DNA of 51,270 nucleotides from Neolecta irregularis DAH-3 (Eukaryota): NCBI GenBank assembly GCA_001929475.1, contig LXFE01004245.1, positions 1 to 51,270 of the forward strand, read 5' to 3'. Shown piece by piece: positions 48,798 to 51,270 of this stretch (position 1 is its first letter; each line of letters starts with the position of its first letter). The notes under the pieces were generated by a model. It saw only the letters and a program-made list of their open reading frames with translations, ran no database searches and was not told where the DNA came from. The position numbers and the translations under genes were made by a program.

Positions 48798-51061
48798 TTA
48801 TTTGCGATTCCTTGCGCGCGCGTTTTTCCTTTTCGCGTTCTTTGCGTTTGTGCTGTTTACTTTCATACTCGTGCCAATCGCCTAGGCCAAGACTGTGATG
48901 TTAGTAGAGTGAGAGTAAAAAAAGGGGGGACACTTTGTAGGTGCTGCTGGAGCGGGTTCTTCAGAGGTAAAGTAGGGATGATTCAATGCTTGGGCAGCGG
49001 ATGGTCGTTGTTCGGGATCGAGGGTTAGTAACTGTTGACATAAATCTAATGCTGCGGGGGTCATCTGTCTGGAAATGTGAATTAGTTTTCTTATACTTGA
49101 AAGATATTTACGAAGCAAAAGTGTCGGTGAAGCGGCTCGGATGTTCTATTTTAGGTTTGACTAGTTCGTACCAGGGCAACTGATCCACAAAAGGCCAATT
49201 GCGTGGATTTGGCGTGCCTAATAATTCATAGACCAATTCAAGTTGGTGGACTTCGTCTTGGCCAGGAAAAGCTGGTTTCCGAGTGAACAGTTCGATCATG
49301 ATACATCCTGTGCTCCACACATCGATTGATGGACCGTACATGGTTGCGCCGAGAAGGAGTTCTGGGGGTCTGTACCACAGTGTTATAACGCGATTTGTGT
49401 AATCTAATTTGGAGCGTTTTGTATTATAAAATCTGGCGAGTCCGAAATCCGCCAATTTCAAGACGCCTTGGTTGTTTAGCAGGATATTTGAACCTGTTGA
49501 AGGGATCAGCAGGAGAGGGAGAAGTGCACGACACCTTTGATATCGCGATGTAAAACGCCACGTGAGTGAAGGTAATCGAGACCCTCGAGCATTTGGCGTG
49601 AGAGGTGTTTCAGATTAGGGGCGGTGAATTTGAATTCGGGGTGGGTCAAGACGCCAGCCAGGTCGTGATCCATATAGTCGAATACCATATAAACATTACC
49701 TGGGAGTCAGGAGGATAGGGGTGAAGAGTAAGTATACTTTTCTCTACCATTATCTCGAGCAGCGACACGACGTTTGGATGGCGCAGGGACTGCAATAGTT
49801 TGATCTCGCGCAGGGCAGTGATGGGGAAGCCATCACGCTCAGCTTCCATGCGTATTCTTTTGAGGGCGACGATTTCTTTTGAGCGGGTATTTTGTGCTTT
49901 GTAGACTTTGCCATAGGTGCCTTCGCCGACGAGACCAATGCGGTCGTAGGCCATGGGGGGTTTCTTTTCGGCGGGGGAGGGGTGTGGGGCTGGGGATGGG
50001 ACTCTAGGAGTAGGCGTAGGAGTAGGGGTGGGAGTGGGAGTGGGAGTGGGAGTAGAAGTGTCGATGATTGCAGGGGCAGCGGGAGTGGAGTATATCCTGG
50101 GGCCTTTTTGGGGCCGTTCCTCTGGCATGCCGTCGCCGGGTCTTTTTTTCCTGTTTCCAGCGCCAACGCTGATGGCAAAGGGCTTGAATGAGATTTTTGG
50201 GTTGCCGTTGTGCGCGGGTTGCTGCTGCTGCTGCTGTTGCTGATGTGGATCTGGGAGGGGAGCGGGAGGAGTGGGGGCGGGGAGAGCGGGTGGAGGGGAG
50301 CTGGCTGGAGCGGCGATGGAGGCGAAGCGGGAGCGGGTGGCGGGAGCCATTGCGGGGGAGTATGCGGGTCTGCGGTCGTCCTGCGGGTGGATCTGGTGGG
50401 TGTAGTCTGCGGGTGGCGGGTAACGGCGGCGGTGCGGGTAGTCGTCGGGGTAGCTGCGGGCGGCGGGGCGGTCGCGGGGACACCACGACGGTCTGTGGTC
50501 GTAGCGGCGGTAGTGCAGAGTGTCTGCAGGGCGCGGTTCGGGCAGCGGGCGCGGGCGCGGGCGCGGGGTGGTGTAGTGCAGCGAGTCGTTGTGCGGGTAG
50601 TAGGCGTCGTACTCGGGCGGGTACAGCGAATCGCCCTCGTCTGCAGCGCCATAGGGCCACCTGGAGGCGCGCGAGTGCGCCGAGACGGGGTGTGGGGGCG
50701 GGTAGTGGGCCGCGGGGGCGGGATATGCGGGCGGCAGGGCGAACGGCGGGTAGTCTCTGTACTGGGCTGAATTTGAGTTCTGACCCGAGTGGTTCTGGCT
50801 CGAGTGGTCTGCCTGGCTCTGCCCTGCCTGGCCTGCCTGGTTCTGGCTGGACCGGGGCGGGCTGCAGCACGGCGAGTGCCTGTCTGCGCCGTCGAATGTT
50901 CGCTGCTCCTGCTGCGCTCTGTGTGCCCGCCGCCCGCGCCCGCCTGGCGATCGCCGCCCGCGCACTGCTGCCCGCTGCTCGCCCGCCCGTTCGTGTGCCC
51001 GGCGGCCGTCTCCTGCGTCGGGGCGATATGACTGGTAGCGGTGTTTGCCGCTGCTGGCCAT
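48798..51061 (-). CDS. CTK1: RNA Pol II CTD Ser2 kinase (Ctk1/Lsk1, CDK12-like) with low-complexity N-terminus
   Basis: GEGTYGKVYKA, ERDGFPITALREIKLLQSL, HRDIKGSNILL, DYTNRVITLWYRPPELLLG, DWHEYESK; first ATG at 51061; polyQ and (TP)n tracts in the N-terminus. Confidence 0.93.
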
Positions 51062-51251
51062 CGCAACAGGCAAATCGCCGCTCAAATGTCTCTCTACAGC
51101 TCGCTCGCAGCGTCCAGCAGGGGCCTTTGTCGATCCGCAGCCAATTTATATTTATAGTCGTCCAACCATCGATTTCACCGACTTCAAAAAACGGTGGTTG
51201 GTCGTGTCCCGGGCACCCCTCCACCACGCTTCCCTATGTATTGTAGTATAT

Positions 51252-51270
51252 TATATATATATATATATAT
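51252..51270. repeat. (TA)n microsatellite at the window end
   Basis: TATATATA... runs off the end of the sequence. Confidence 0.9.

Noticed and set aside
49750-51246. Alternative 350-440-aa ORFs over the CTK1 5' region
   Set aside because: Same GC artefact; only the frame leading into the kinase domain is supported.

Overview
Gene-dense fungal nuclear DNA with about 28 protein-coding genes, most split by very short spliceosomal introns (about 32-45 nt). Divergent ATGs are often only 70-140 bp apart. The proteins resemble fission-yeast and filamentous-ascomycete orthologues, so an early-diverging ascomycete (Taphrinomycotina-like) is inferred but not proven. Most genes are housekeeping: FOL2, APM1, FMO1, YAR1, UBC7, URC4, COG2, MRPL1, PKR1, SRP54, ULP2, a p24 protein, UBP15, PRP45, WDR83-like, CDC12, PWP2, DLD2, PRE6, an inositol 5-phosphatase and CTK1. 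Splice-aware reading shows three genes absent from the ORF track: a 46-aa secreted Cys/Trp peptide precursor (34444-34622, minus), a 68-aa microprotein (21541-21785) and a CHY zinc-finger gene (44050-44541). The peptide gene sits in a small accessory island (~34.1-36.6 kb) with a 117-bp duplicated unit and a leucine-zipper gene whose bZIP basic region is degenerate. Its 3' flank recurs at positions 1-131 next to an assembly gap, which hints at a second copy. Two GC-rich islands (~29.7-31.7 kb and ~49.7-51.2 kb) show strand skew, which flips at a polypyrimidine tract in the first island. No tRNA, rRNA, snRNA, CRISPR array or intact transposon was recognised. Gene models were assembled by eye and coordinates span introns.
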